From NCBI GenBank assembly GCA_964607415.1, contig CAZSKK010000001.1:4190-68189 (forward strand): a DNA stretch of 64,000 bases, written 5' to 3'. Both the position numbers and the translations under genes were made by a program. Under the pieces are notes generated by a model. It saw only the letters and a program-made list of their open reading frames with translations, was not told the origin of the DNA and ran no database searches. The stretch is from an uncultured Candidatus Saccharibacteria bacterium (GTDB lineage: Bacteria; Patescibacteriota; Dojkabacteria; J137). This document shows positions 1 through 9,287 of this stretch, piece by piece (positions within the stretch are counted from its first letter, which is position 1; every line of letters starts with the position of its first letter).

Positions 1-1911
1 TTTACTTACCACATCTTTCTTGCCTTTAACAAAAATATTGATACTCACGCCTTGCTGTATATCAAAAACATTTTCATCTTTAGTGCCATCAGGTGAAACT
101 TCCTTCTTTTTAGTGTTCCCATGTAGATCAATCGTATATATTTTGTCAAACACATCTTGCAGTTTCCACCGCATACCTCTAAAGGTTGGATTGTCTAAAA
201 ACCCGTGAGGATTAATAAATGCAAGTACACCTTCACCATTCTTTTCAATAAAATATTGAGCAAAACGGATAAATTTAACATAATCATCGTTTATCCATTT
301 AGGGTTTTTTTCTTTAAGCTTCACTTTCCCACCAGGTTCATATTTATAATCATCCATTAAATTCATTATCCACTCTCCTTTGTTAGAACTTTCGCCACTG
401 TACGGTGGATTTCCAATAACAACCATAATTGGCTTTTCCTTTTTGACCTCATTTGCCTCTTCACTTTCTTGGGATAACCACTGAGAAAATAAATCTCGCT
501 GCGAAGCCTCAGGTTCTTCCAAAGAATTTGTTAAATAAACTCCTAATCTTTTTCCTTTTCCTTTATTAAAATCGTAACCAGTTTCGGAAAGTGTAATATC
601 TAGCTTTAAATGCGCCATTGCATAACTTGCCATTAAAATTTCAAACCCATGTAATCTTGGTAATAAATGATCATCAACATAACTCTGCCATAAACCTTCC
701 TGGCCTTTAAATTTAGAGTTATAAATAAACTTAATAACTTGATCCAAAAATGTACCTGTTCCTGTTGCAGGATCCAAAACTTGAACTCTATGCTCCATTA
801 CTTTTTGCTTTTTTCTTTTACCTTGAACTTCAACAGTTTTTTCAATCTCAATTTTTTGCGTATCAGCTAAACCATCTTTAATTCCAAATTCATCTTTTAA
901 AATGTCGTCAACTGCTCTAACAATAAAATCTACAACAGGTTCTGGAGTGTAATAAACACCTCTAGCTTTTCTAAGCTTGGAATCATATTCTGCCAAGAAA
1001 GTTTCGTAAAAATGTACAATTACATCTTCTCTTTTTGTACTTTTCCCAAAATCTTCAAGTAGTTCTTTTACATTCACATGATTAAATAAATCTGCTAAAT
1101 CATCAACCATCCATTCAATACGTTGGTCAATATTGTACCCTGCAATTGATTGAAAGAAATTTCTTAAAAAAGGGTTGGATTTTGGAAGTAATTTATTTGC
1201 TTCATCTCTATTAAATGTTTCTATTGAATCATCGTGATATCTTGCTGCAAACATTCCGTAAGCTACAGTTTGAGAATATATATCAGCAAATTGTTCTTTA
1301 CTTAAATCGTGAATTAGCATTTGTTTAAAAGTCTCGTATTGTTTTTCAACTTGACCATCTTGTGTTGTTTCATCTTCTAGGGAAAGGTAAAGTGTGTTTT
1401 TAAGCATCTTTGCTTTATTAGCCATTAGCAGTGCTAAATCTTTTGAACTTTTGATTGTAACTGCTTTTTCTAAAGTGAAGTTTTTTAATAAACTCTCTAG
1501 AATTGCAATTTTATTTTCAAAAATCTCAATTTTATTATCGACTAGTCTAGCTACTTCAACACGTGCTGTTTCTTCACCATTTAAATAAAAGCGAAATTCT
1601 AGATAGTTAGTAAAACAAAGATTATTTAATGAAGCTTTATACCTGTTTACTTGATTTCTGGATTTTAACTCTTTATCTAAATCAATATCTATATCTTTTG
1701 CTTCAATGTATCCAATTGGAATTTTTCCTTTAAGCAGTAGAAAGTCAGGTGCTCCAACTTTTTGCTGTTTGGGGTCGTTTACTGCATTTATTGAACTATT
1801 GATATTTTGAATAAGTTGCTGAAGTGCTGGACGATATGCATGTTCTCTGGCGTGTCCAGTTTTAAATTTACTCTGTATTTCCTCTAAATACTTACTTATT
1901 GCATCGTTCAT
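1..1911 (-). CDS. Single-chain restriction-modification enzyme (Type IIG/ISP-like, N6-adenine MTase with N-terminal nuclease), 3' end outside window
   Basis: Manual translation from ATG at 1911 (MNDAISKYLEEIQSKFKTGHAREHAYRPAL): PD-(D/E)XK-like GAPDF..IEAK, GVYYTPEPVV, MTase motif I VLDPATGTGTF, motif IV VIGNPPY. Missing from the ORF track because no stop lies in the window. Confidence 0.9.
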   Translation of the reverse strand, partial: MNDAISKYLEEIQSKFKTGHAREHAYRPALQQLIQNINSSINAVNDPKQQKVGAPDFLLLKGKIPIGYIEAKDIDIDLDKELKSRNQVNRYKASLNNLCFTNYLEFRFYLNGEETARVEVARLVDNKIEIFENKIAILESLLKNFTLEKAVTIKSSKDLALLMANKAKMLKNTLYLSLEDETTQDGQVEKQYETFKQMLIHDLSKEQFADIYSQTVAYGMFAARYHDDSIETFNRDEANKLLPKSNPFLRNFFQSIAGYNIDQRIEWMVDDLADLFNHVNVKELLEDFGKSTKREDVIVHFYETFLAEYDSKLRKARGVYYTPEPVVDFIVRAVDDILKDEFGIKDGLADTQKIEIEKTVEVQGKRKKQKVMEHRVQVLDPATGTGTFLDQVIKFIYNSKFKGQEGLWQSYVDDHLLPRLHGFEILMASYAMAHLKLDITLSETGYDFNKGKGKRLGVYLTNSLEEPEASQRDLFSQWLSQESEEANEVKKEKPIMVVIGNPPYSGESSNKGEWIMNLMDDYKYEPGGKVKLKEKNPKWINDDYVKFIRFAQYFIEKNGEGVLAFINPHGFLDNPTFRGMRWKLQDVFDKIYTIDLHGNTKKKEVSPDGTKDENVFDIQQGVSINIFVKGKKDVVSK

Positions 1912-1973
1912 TATTCGAATTTAGGGTTCGTAAGGTTGTCACATAATTACTGTAAATTGCATAAATTTACAGT

Positions 1974-1990
1974 TCGGAGAGGAAGAGATT
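1974..1990 (-). repeat. 17-bp direct duplicate of the tRNA-Ser 3' end (att-like)
   Basis: tcggagaggaagagatt at 1974-1990 is identical to 2136-2152. Confidence 0.85.
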
Positions 1991-2136
1991 TCCTCTTCGA
2001 GGATCAAATGCGGTCATAAGTTTCGGCTGTACTTCGTTTGCCTCAACTTGACCTTATTTGTCGAACTTTCGTTCTCATTTTTATTTCCTCTAATTTGCAA
2101 ATTTACCACTGCAAATTGCAGTGTTAAATTCACAAT

Positions 2137-2224
2137 CGGAGAGGAAGAGATTCGAACTCTCGCTAGGATTGCTCCTACTACGGGTTTAGCAAACCCGCCC
2201 CTTCAACCACTTGGGTACCTCTCC
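2137..2224 (-). tRNA. tRNA-Ser(GCT), CCA not encoded
   Basis: Reverse complement GGAGAGGTACCCAAGTGGTTGAAGGGGCGGGTTTGCTAAACCCG...GAGAGTTCGAATCTCTTCCTCTCCG: anticodon stem CGGGT/ACCCG around GCT, long variable arm, TTCGAATC T-loop, G discriminator. Confidence 0.95.
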
Positions 2225-2456
2225 ATGAATTAGTTTTGAGTTTAAGTAAATAGCAATAGTAAATGCTAAATGTTTATTATTGGTGCTGCTTTTTACTTGC
2301 ACTTAAACTTACACCTTGGCTTTCTTATGACTGTCTTAATCTCAGTCAAAGAATTATACTAAAAATTATCCTAAATGGCGAAGTGAAAATTCTTCTATAT
2401 TCATTCTATAATTTACATAAGTGCTAAAATAATTGTATAGCTGTTAGTTTATTCTT

Positions 2457-3314
2457 ATGGCAGATAAAGATAACTACGTAGTGAGAATAATGTCCAAGGA
2501 TGAAGTAAGAGATATTGCTATTGAATGGGCTGCTAACGAAGGATGGAACCCTGGACTTTACGATTTAGATAGCTTTTATGAATCAGACCCAGAAGGCTTT
2601 TATATTGGTCTTATTGATAACGAGCCTATTGCTTGCATTTCAGCAATTTCATACAATGAAGATTTTGGATTCCTTGGATTCTATATCGTTAAATCTGAAT
2701 ATAGAGGCAAAGGTTACGGATTTAAACTTTGGAACGAAGCTCTTAAACATCTTCCTATTCAAAACATTGGCCTTGATGGAGTTATCGATCAGCAAGAAAA
2801 TTACAAGAAATCTGGATTCAAGTTAGCCTATAGAAATATTAGACACGAAGGCTTGAGTAAGAAGTTTAAAGATATTGCAACAGAAATTCATCCTATAAAC
2901 CGGGTTCCTTTTAAAAAAATTTTGGAGTATGATTCAAAAGTATTTCCAGTGTCACGAAAGATTTTTTTAGAAAATTGGTTTTCTCAGCCGGAAAGCTATG
3001 CAATTGCTTACGTTAAAGATAATGAGGTTAGTGGATATGGGATGATTAGAAAATGCAGAAATGGATATAAAATAGGACCGTTGTTTGCGGATAGTAAAGT
3101 GGTTGCTACAGAAATATTCAATGCTTTGTGTAACTTTCTAGATGAAAATACAACTTTCTATCTTGATACTCCCGAAGCAAATACTGATGGTGTGAATTTA
3201 GCAAAAGACAATAATATGCATTACGTTTTTGAGACTGCGAGGATGTATACCAAGCAAGAACCAGCTATAGATTTAGACAAAATTTTTGGAGTCACAACAT
3301 TTGAACTGGGATAA
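2457..3314 (+). CDS. GNAT acetyltransferase with YitH-like C-terminal domain
   Basis: WAANEGWNPG, acetyl-CoA motif YRGKGYG, KIGPLFAD, C-terminal FGVTTFELG. Confidence 0.85.
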   Translation: MADKDNYVVRIMSKDEVRDIAIEWAANEGWNPGLYDLDSFYESDPEGFYIGLIDNEPIACISAISYNEDFGFLGFYIVKSEYRGKGYGFKLWNEALKHLPIQNIGLDGVIDQQENYKKSGFKLAYRNIRHEGLSKKFKDIATEIHPINRVPFKKILEYDSKVFPVSRKIFLENWFSQPESYAIAYVKDNEVSGYGMIRKCRNGYKIGPLFADSKVVATEIFNALCNFLDENTTFYLDTPEANTDGVNLAKDNNMHYVFETARMYTKQEPAIDLDKIFGVTTFELG

Positions 3315-3323
3315 AATTATTGA

Positions 3324-4238
3324 ATGGAACTACCATATGAACTAAAAACGCTTTACTATCACTGGGAAAAACATACAGTTAAACCAGCCGCTCAAACAAA
3401 TAGTGATTTTAACCAATCAATCTATAATCAAGTTTTGTCTTTTGCAAATGAAAGAATGAATATTTGGGAGAAGAAAATATTGAATCAAAATCCGCCGTAC
3501 TCAAACGATCAGATTCTAACAAATTTTAGATTTTGCAATGTTTACAGAGAGCTTGATAAACAAACAATAGTTTTCCATAAACTGTTGAAACCGTTGAAAC
3601 ATGATTTGGATTTGTGGCTTTTGAATATGATTTTTTGCAGATTTGTTTGTAACCCAGAAACTATTACTAAAGTTGGTTTTTTAAACTTTGATACAAAAAA
3701 TAATCAAGAAGTTTATAAAAAGCTAGTGAATTTATCTTCACCAAAATATGGAACTGCCTATATTTTCCCAATTAGTATAATCCAAAAAAGTAAATGGAAT
3801 ACTCGTGAAAAATTTTTCTGTGAATATCTTCCCATAGCAATTCCCGACGTAAGTGAAATTATAAAATCTTTTGGAAATATTTCAGTAGTTGAAGCTTTGT
3901 CTAGAATTTTGCCTGCTTTTAAATTTAACTTTAAGTTTCACTGGACAGAGGTTTTAATAGATTTAGCATATCAATTCCCCGACTACATAGATTTATTTAA
4001 AGAATTTCCAATTGGTCCGGGATCCATTCCAAGTATGAAAAATTTAAATAATTTAAGAAATCCTGAAATTGTTTGCTTGAAATTAGTTTCTAGTGTTCCA
4101 GATAACTTTAATTATCTGACTTTCGAAGGGAAAACAATTTACTTAAGTGCAGAAAACTGGGAAGGAATTGGTTGTGAGTTTAGAAAATATTCAAACTTAA
4201 AACAAGGCAAAGGAAGAAAAAGAAGATTTAGAGATTAA
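3324..4238 (+). CDS. aGPT-Pplase1 / amino acid:DNA transferase-like helical protein (DNA base hypermodification family)
   Basis: ERMNIW..D.IL..FRFCNVYRELDK, PIGPGS and C-terminal E..GCEFRKY match the motif order of this family as I know it. Confidence 0.7.
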   Translation: MELPYELKTLYYHWEKHTVKPAAQTNSDFNQSIYNQVLSFANERMNIWEKKILNQNPPYSNDQILTNFRFCNVYRELDKQTIVFHKLLKPLKHDLDLWLLNMIFCRFVCNPETITKVGFLNFDTKNNQEVYKKLVNLSSPKYGTAYIFPISIIQKSKWNTREKFFCEYLPIAIPDVSEIIKSFGNISVVEALSRILPAFKFNFKFHWTEVLIDLAYQFPDYIDLFKEFPIGPGSIPSMKNLNNLRNPEIVCLKLVSSVPDNFNYLTFEGKTIYLSAENWEGIGCEFRKYSNLKQGKGRKRRFRD

Positions 4239-4262
4239 GGCATAAAGCATTTTAAATTAATA

Positions 4263-4583
4263 TTACGCTTCTTTATTGTTGTTATCTATTTCAGAAAGTT
4301 TTTGCTCATTTAACGCTCTTGCTCTTTTGATGAACGATTCATCTACTCCATACGCTTGAAGCTCAGCTATTAAGTCTTCACTGCTACCAAGCTCTTTTGC
4401 ATTCTTTCGCGGGCTATTTGTTATACCTATACGATAAGTATTATTGCTATAAAAATTAAGTGTTACATTTAAACCTGAAGAGTTTGTAGTACTGATGTGC
4501 TGAGTTAAAGATACTTTTGCTAATGGACGTCTTTTAGAAAGGATTAATAATTCCTCTTCGATAGTAAATCTTTTACTTGACAT
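4263..4583 (-). CDS. Hypothetical protein (ends in EA)
   Basis: 106-aa ORF filling the gap; no recognised motif. Confidence 0.55.
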   Translation of the reverse strand: MSSKRFTIEEELLILSKRRPLAKVSLTQHISTTNSSGLNVTLNFYSNNTYRIGITNSPRKNAKELGSSEDLIAELQAYGVDESFIKRARALNEQKLSEIDNNNKEA

Positions 4584-4631
4584 TCGGGAATGTTACCATA
4601 ATATGCCAACAATAGTCAAAAGGCTCTTTTT

Positions 4632-4732
4632 GTTTCATTCCGGAATCGAACAAAGTGAGATGTCTGAAGTATATTGATAGATTTACTAGTGTTATATTCC
4701 GGTCTTTAGCTTCGCTAAAACCGGAATGACAC
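4632..4732. repeat. GTCATTCCGG/CCGGAATGAC-type REP-like palindrome
   Basis: gtttcattccgg ... ttccggtctttagcttcgctaaaaccggaatgacac; a related short copy gtgtcatcc..ggaatgacac lies near 47061-47091. Confidence 0.6.
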
Positions 4733-4800
4733 AATGGTGGTTATTCTATTCTTTTTTGCTCTTTAGCTCTCAACCTATGGACCTCGCTCTAACCTCAAAC

Positions 4801-5232
4801 CTATTTCGTGTTAGTCTTAACCTTAATCTTATTAGGCTTAGCTTCCGGTAACTTTGGCATTACAATCTTCAACATTCCGTTTTCAACATTTGCGTCTGCT
4901 TTACTTGCATCAACTCGAGCTGGCAATTGTACAGTTCTACTAAATGATTGTTTACTAATCTCTTTGTAATAATATTTTCTTTTTTCATCGTTTTCTTCTT
5001 TTTTGCTTTCCATATTTCCACTCACTGTTAACATGTTATCTTCAATTGAAATGTCCAGATCTTTTTCATTAAAACCTGCAATTTTTGCTTCTGCAACAAC
5101 ATTATCACCATCATCGTAAACATCCATTGAAATATCTGCAGAAAATTTACCAGCGTAAATTGGTGAGTTAAAAAACTCGTCCAAAAAAGTATCAAAAATT
5201 TGTGAAGGTCTATTGATTGATATTCTATTCAT
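4801..5232 (-). CDS. hsp20: Hsp20/alpha-crystallin small heat shock protein
   Basis: MDVYD..VVAEAKIAG, SFSRTVQLPARVD, A.VENGMLKIVMPK. Start moved to MNRIS because the CIRCE and promoter lie just upstream. Confidence 0.92.
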   Translation of the reverse strand: MNRISINRPSQIFDTFLDEFFNSPIYAGKFSADISMDVYDDGDNVVAEAKIAGFNEKDLDISIEDNMLTVSGNMESKKEENDEKRKYYYKEISKQSFSRTVQLPARVDASKADANVENGMLKIVMPKLPEAKPNKIKVKTNTK

Positions 5233-5261
5233 AAAGTAAATTTTAATAAATAAGATATCAT

Positions 5262-5288
5262 TTAGCACTTGGTAAGATCCGGTGCTAA
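5262..5288. promoter_or_regulatory. CIRCE element (HrcA operator) upstream of hsp20
   Basis: TTAGCACTT-GGTAAGATC-CGGTGCTAA versus consensus TTAGCACTC-N9-GAGTGCTAA. Confidence 0.85.
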
Positions 5289-5292
5289 TTTA

Positions 5293-5322
5293 AGTATAAA
5301 ATAGAGGCTAAATTTTTGTCAA
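5293..5322 (-). promoter_or_regulatory. Sigma70-type promoter of hsp20
   Basis: Minus strand TTGACA-N18-TATACT immediately upstream of the CIRCE. Confidence 0.75.
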
Positions 5323-5432
5323 GAATTCATATCTGTATTATTTTTTATAACAAATAGTCAATAAAAATAAAAGTTTATTGGTAGTTTTGTTAGTAGATGG
5401 TAAAATCTATAACTTTTTATTTTTCAAATTAC

Positions 5433-6395
5433 ATGGCAAACCCAGTTGTTAAATTTGTATTTAAAGATCCTAATAGGGATAGAATCATTCCTGTGAATTT
5501 AGTTCATAAATTGATAGCTACTGCTTTTATATTGGGAAGCATACTGGCTGGTTCAATAACAGCGGAAAGAGATGAATCTTGGAACGCACAGGATTTTTAT
5601 ATTAGGCTTAAAAATGGGCAGGCAGCAAAAATGGAAATAGTAGAATTTTTAAGCAATCCTGCAAAGATCAGGGAAATGGAACAATTACTAGAAAGTAATC
5701 AAGAAACTTCTGAAACCCTAAGCATCAATAATGCTGATATTTCACCTTTAAGAGTGGTCAATGGAGATGGCGAAGAGGTTACATTAGTGGTAGGTGATAG
5801 AAGGATCAGAACAGATAGTTTTCAGTTATCAAACCAAATAGCTGAAATTTCCTACCCTAATCTTAGTCTTGATACCCATGGTTTAACATTAAATATTAAC
5901 GAAAATAACGATAGCTCCCAGTTTAATGCTAATCAAATAAGTTTTAATGATCTTCTGAGAAAATCTAACGCGTTAAATGAACTTCTAATGATAATTTCGA
6001 ATGGGGATATAACTGTAGAAACTATATTGAGTAAATTACCTGAAAGCAATAGAGTTTATTGCGACTCATCCACAAATTACTCAGCAGTTTTAGATGGTGA
6101 AAGTGTGATACCAGATGGAATAAATGGTTATCTTTTAATAAATAGTAATAACCCTTTACAGTTATCAGCAGCACCAGAATTAAGTATTTTCGCTTCTTAC
6201 GGAATTGGCTTTCATGAGTTGACTGTTCACGAAATTAGATCCTCACAAGATCCTTCTTATAAGGCTACAGTTCAAGAACTAGAAAGTGAAGGTAATTTTG
6301 AGGCACTCTCAGAAATTCATGATTTATATGAAAGAGCAATTAAAGATTTATATAGTGCGTGCCAAATAGATTTTGATGGGTTAGGTGAAGGATAG
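5433..6395 (+). CDS. Hypothetical membrane-anchored/secreted protein
   Basis: Long ORF, one hydrophobic segment (LIATAFILGSILAGSI), acidic Asn-rich remainder. Confidence 0.65.
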   Translation: MANPVVKFVFKDPNRDRIIPVNLVHKLIATAFILGSILAGSITAERDESWNAQDFYIRLKNGQAAKMEIVEFLSNPAKIREMEQLLESNQETSETLSINNADISPLRVVNGDGEEVTLVVGDRRIRTDSFQLSNQIAEISYPNLSLDTHGLTLNINENNDSSQFNANQISFNDLLRKSNALNELLMIISNGDITVETILSKLPESNRVYCDSSTNYSAVLDGESVIPDGINGYLLINSNNPLQLSAAPELSIFASYGIGFHELTVHEIRSSQDPSYKATVQELESEGNFEALSEIHDLYERAIKDLYSACQIDFDGLGEG

Positions 6396-6406
6396 TAGCC
6401 TAGACC

Positions 6407-7228
6407 TTAGGCATGAACGCTTTGTCTGCAAACCCAAAACCTAACTTTTTTATTTTCATCGTTTAAAACCTGTAATTTCCAATTACGAAGTTCGTGACTA
6501 GTAGCTTGCAGTTCGTCATGGCTATCATCCACTTCTAAAATCACAATTCCATTCCCAGCTAAATATTTTGGTGCTTGTTCTAAAAGTTTTTTAATATATT
6601 TAAGCCCATCTTTTCCTCCATCTAAAGCTTTTTTAGGTTCAAAATCTTTAACGCTTGAATCGAGCTTTTTAATTCGGTTGGATGGAATATAGGGAAGGTT
6701 TGCGAAAATAATATCAAGCCGCGAGTTACGAGCTTCCAGCTTCGAGTAGCCTTCCAGCAAATCGGATTTGAAAATCTCTATGTTTGAGTTTGGCGCTAGA
6801 GTTTCTTTGTTTTGTCTTGCAATCGCTAGAGCCTTTTCGGACTTATCTGATAGATATCCTTCATAATTAATTCCTAGCTTTTCAAGTTCTAGTGCGAATG
6901 TTATGCCTATGCAGCCTGAACCAGTGCCAATGTCGGCCCACCTCACCCGTCTTCGCTTATGCTGAGCCACTCTCTCCTGAAGGAGAGGGAAATCTGAACG
7001 AAGTTCAGATGGGGTGAGGTGATCAATCGCAATCTTAATCATTCCCTCCGTCTCAACTCTTGGTATCAAAACATTTTTATTTACCACAAATTCTCTCCCA
7101 TAAAATTCTGCTTTTTCAACCAAATACTCAACAGGGGTTGATCCAACCTTTTTTAAATCTAATTTAGTTGGATCAACCCCATGTTTTATTAACCAGTTAA
7201 ATTCGTATGTGTTAAATTTTCTTTGCAT
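6407..7228 (-). CDS. prmC: Release factor glutamine methyltransferase carrying repeat-derived inserts
   Basis: PVEYL..AEFYG, VLIPRVETE, DIGTGSGCI, ANLPY, FEP..ALDGG.DGL. Confidence 0.93.
   Translation of the reverse strand: MQRKFNTYEFNWLIKHGVDPTKLDLKKVGSTPVEYLVEKAEFYGREFVVNKNVLIPRVETEGMIKIAIDHLTPSELRSDFPLLQERVAQHKRRRVRWADIGTGSGCIGITFALELEKLGINYEGYLSDKSEKALAIARQNKETLAPNSNIEIFKSDLLEGYSKLEARNSRLDIIFANLPYIPSNRIKKLDSSVKDFEPKKALDGGKDGLKYIKKLLEQAPKYLAGNGIVILEVDDSHDELQATSHELRNWKLQVLNDENKKVRFWVCRQSVHA
6939..7021. repeat. REP-like palindromic element inserted in frame within prmC
   Basis: Terminal inverted repeat cacctcaccc/gggtgaggtg with internal hairpins ctctcc-tgaa-ggagag and atctgaac-gaa-gttcagat; same family as intergenic copies. 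Confidence 0.85.
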
Positions 7229-7237
7229 GAAGTAATT

Positions 7238-7918
7238 TTACAACAAACATGCATTCATTCCACTCAAATCATTAAAACAATTGCCGTCTTTGTCTAAAAT
7301 TATTACTTTTGTAACTTCAGAGTTGTAGTATTTGATATTTTCTAAAATTGGAACACTTACTTGAGATGTGTTATCGCTTAGACCTGTTGTAGTTTTGCAA
7401 AACTGAAATGTTGCCTCAGATCCACTTATTGTAAGCTTAAAATTTTTTCCACCACAATTAGATGAACCGCTTAGACTAACAGGCTCAATTCCCTTAAAAC
7501 CTTGTGCCTCTTCTACTGAAGTTGGGCCGGATAAAAATTCTTCTAAAACAAAAATAGTTTCATCAGTTCTTGATGTAGTTCTAAAAACTGCATCAACAAA
7601 AGAAAAATCATCTGTAGCTTCAGGAAATTTTTGAAAGTATACTCTTAGTGCTCGTTCATCTGGTATTTCTTCGGAGTCTTCATCATCTTCACTGGTCGAA
7701 TCACTGCTTTCTTGTGTGTTTTGCTCATCAGTATTCTCTTGCGATTCTTCGGAGTTATTTTCCTCAGAATCCTTGATAACAATGTATGTAACTGCAGCTG
7801 ATACAGCTGCAACTAAAAGAATAATTATAAACATCAAAAAATAAATAAGCCAAGAATTTTTCTTCTCTTTTTTTGTAGGTTCAATAACTTGAGCTGGAAC
7901 TGCATTAGGGGTGTCCAT
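7238..7918 (-). CDS. Single-pass membrane protein with acidic linker and GerMN-like extracellular domain
   Basis: TM helix, E/D/S-rich linker, VYF..V.R..L..GPT..E..G pattern, four Cys. Confidence 0.6.
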   Translation of the reverse strand: MDTPNAVPAQVIEPTKKEKKNSWLIYFLMFIIILLVAAVSAAVTYIVIKDSEENNSEESQENTDEQNTQESSDSTSEDDEDSEEIPDERALRVYFQKFPEATDDFSFVDAVFRTTSRTDETIFVLEEFLSGPTSVEEAQGFKGIEPVSLSGSSNCGGKNFKLTISGSEATFQFCKTTTGLSDNTSQVSVPILENIKYYNSEVTKVIILDKDGNCFNDLSGMNACLL

Positions 7919-7972
7919 AGATAAGTAGCAAGTAATAAGTAAAATGTAACTAGTAACTAGAGAATTAGTACG

Positions 7973-8084
7973 CACCCTCACCCTGCCCTCTCCTTAAGAC
8001 AGCATATTATGCTGTCGAATGCAGCTTACTTAAGTTGTATTTTTAGCTGCACTCAAATGCACAATGTGCATTTTCGGGAGAGGA
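7973..8084. repeat. Composite REP-like element (ccctcacc/ctctcc..ggagagg frame with two nested 19-bp palindromes)
   Basis: gacagca-tatta-tgctgtc (7998-8016), gaatgcagct..agctgcactc, aaatgca-caatg-tgcattt (8055-8073). Confidence 0.85.
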
Positions 8085-8168
8085 AATTCATGTGCCTCCC
8101 TTCTTACCTTAAACTTCATACCTATAACCTGTCTGGCGCTAGAGCTCTTTACCTCTTAAGCTTTCTGG

Positions 8169-8534
8169 CTATTCCTTGTCCGTAAGCTCTTTTAGCACAT
8201 ATACAAGTTTTAAAGTCTTTCCGTCTTTTTTAACTTCTTCAAGTGCGTTTTCAATTAAATCTACTCTAATCAGTTCCTTCAAAAGGTCCATTCTTTCTTT
8301 AAGCTGAGAGATTTTTTCCTTTGTCTGTTTTATGTTTTCATCATCATTTACTTTTTCTCTAAGTTCTTTTGCTTTTTTAACAAGTTTTTGGAGTTCTTCG
8401 TAATCTTCTTGTTGAATTTGAAAATCTTTCAGATCAGCTCGAAGGGTTTTTAGTGTGTTTTTTAGCTGAAAATATTCGGAAGCATTATCAGCTCCTTCTG
8501 TAGTCTTTGTTACTTTTGTTTCTTGCACATTCAT
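8169..8534 (-). CDS. Hypothetical coiled-coil protein
   Basis: 121-aa K/E/L-rich heptad pattern. Confidence 0.7.
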   Translation of the reverse strand: MNVQETKVTKTTEGADNASEYFQLKNTLKTLRADLKDFQIQQEDYEELQKLVKKAKELREKVNDDENIKQTKEKISQLKERMDLLKELIRVDLIENALEEVKKDGKTLKLVYVLKELTDKE

Positions 8535-8611
8535 AAAACTTTCATAAAAATTAGTTAGATTATGATTATAGAATAACGAATATTGAATTAGTAAGCAATA
8601 GTCTCTGGCTT

Positions 8612-8727
8612 CACCTCATCCTCCCCTCTCCTGAGACAGCATATTATGCTGTCGAATGCAGCTAATTAAGATCTCGACAGGATAATATCCTGTCTCGGGG
8701 TGGCGAGCATGGCGAGCCGGGTGAGGT
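8612..8727. repeat. Composite REP-like element
   Basis: cacctca..gggtgaggt ends; palindromes gacagcatattatgctgtc (8635-8653) and gacaggataatatcctgtc (8676-8694). Confidence 0.85.
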
Positions 8728-8848
8728 TGTGATAAAATAGTCTAGATGCTAAACACCTTAAAGTATCAAAATCCGTTATTCTTCTTGTACTTTAATTCAC
8801 ACTATCTAGTGCTAAATAATTTTGCTTTTTACTTTTTACATTTTTAAT

Positions 8849-9196
8849 ATGGAGTTTATTTTTGCTGCTCCTAATGTAAGTAAGCCAACCGCCGATACTT
8901 TTGAAGAATATTCTATAAAAAAACTAAGTAAGTTGAAGAAATTTTTAAGGGAAAAGAAAGATGCAAAGCATGAAGTTAGAATGTCTATTTCCAAACAAGG
9001 GGATGAGTTTGAGATTATGGCAGAACTTTTTAATAGTGAGCATATTGTTGTTAAAACTAAGAATAGAGCTATAAAACCTGGTATTGATTATATTTACGAT
9101 CAAATGAAAAGGAAACTCACGGAAGGCAAAGAAAGGAGGGTTGATTTAGCTCGAGTTAGAAGAAGATTTAAAGATGCATTTCCCAAATATTCATAA
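8849..9196 (+). CDS. Ribosome hibernation factor HPF/RaiA-like protein
   Basis: EEYSIKKLSKLKKF, beta strands, then GIDYIYDQMKRKL..K match the S30EA/HPF layout. Confidence 0.65.
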   Translation: MEFIFAAPNVSKPTADTFEEYSIKKLSKLKKFLREKKDAKHEVRMSISKQGDEFEIMAELFNSEHIVVKTKNRAIKPGIDYIYDQMKRKLTEGKERRVDLARVRRRFKDAFPKYS

Positions 9197-9287
9197 GGGA
9201 TATATTGATTTTAAACAAAATTTCAATTACACTTAACACATCAATCTCGAGTATAGATCGAGGATTTAATTTTTTATAAGTTTATTT

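Noticed and set aside
20-2233. Short plus-strand ORFs at 20-208, 1394-1588 and 2048-2233
   Set aside because: Antisense shadows of the RM gene and tRNA-Ser; no protein-like motifs.
7919-7981. N-terminal extension MRVRTNSLVTSYILLITCYLS of ORF 7238-7981
   Set aside because: It is the translation of a heptamer-repeat spacer; the ATG at 7918 is the likelier start.
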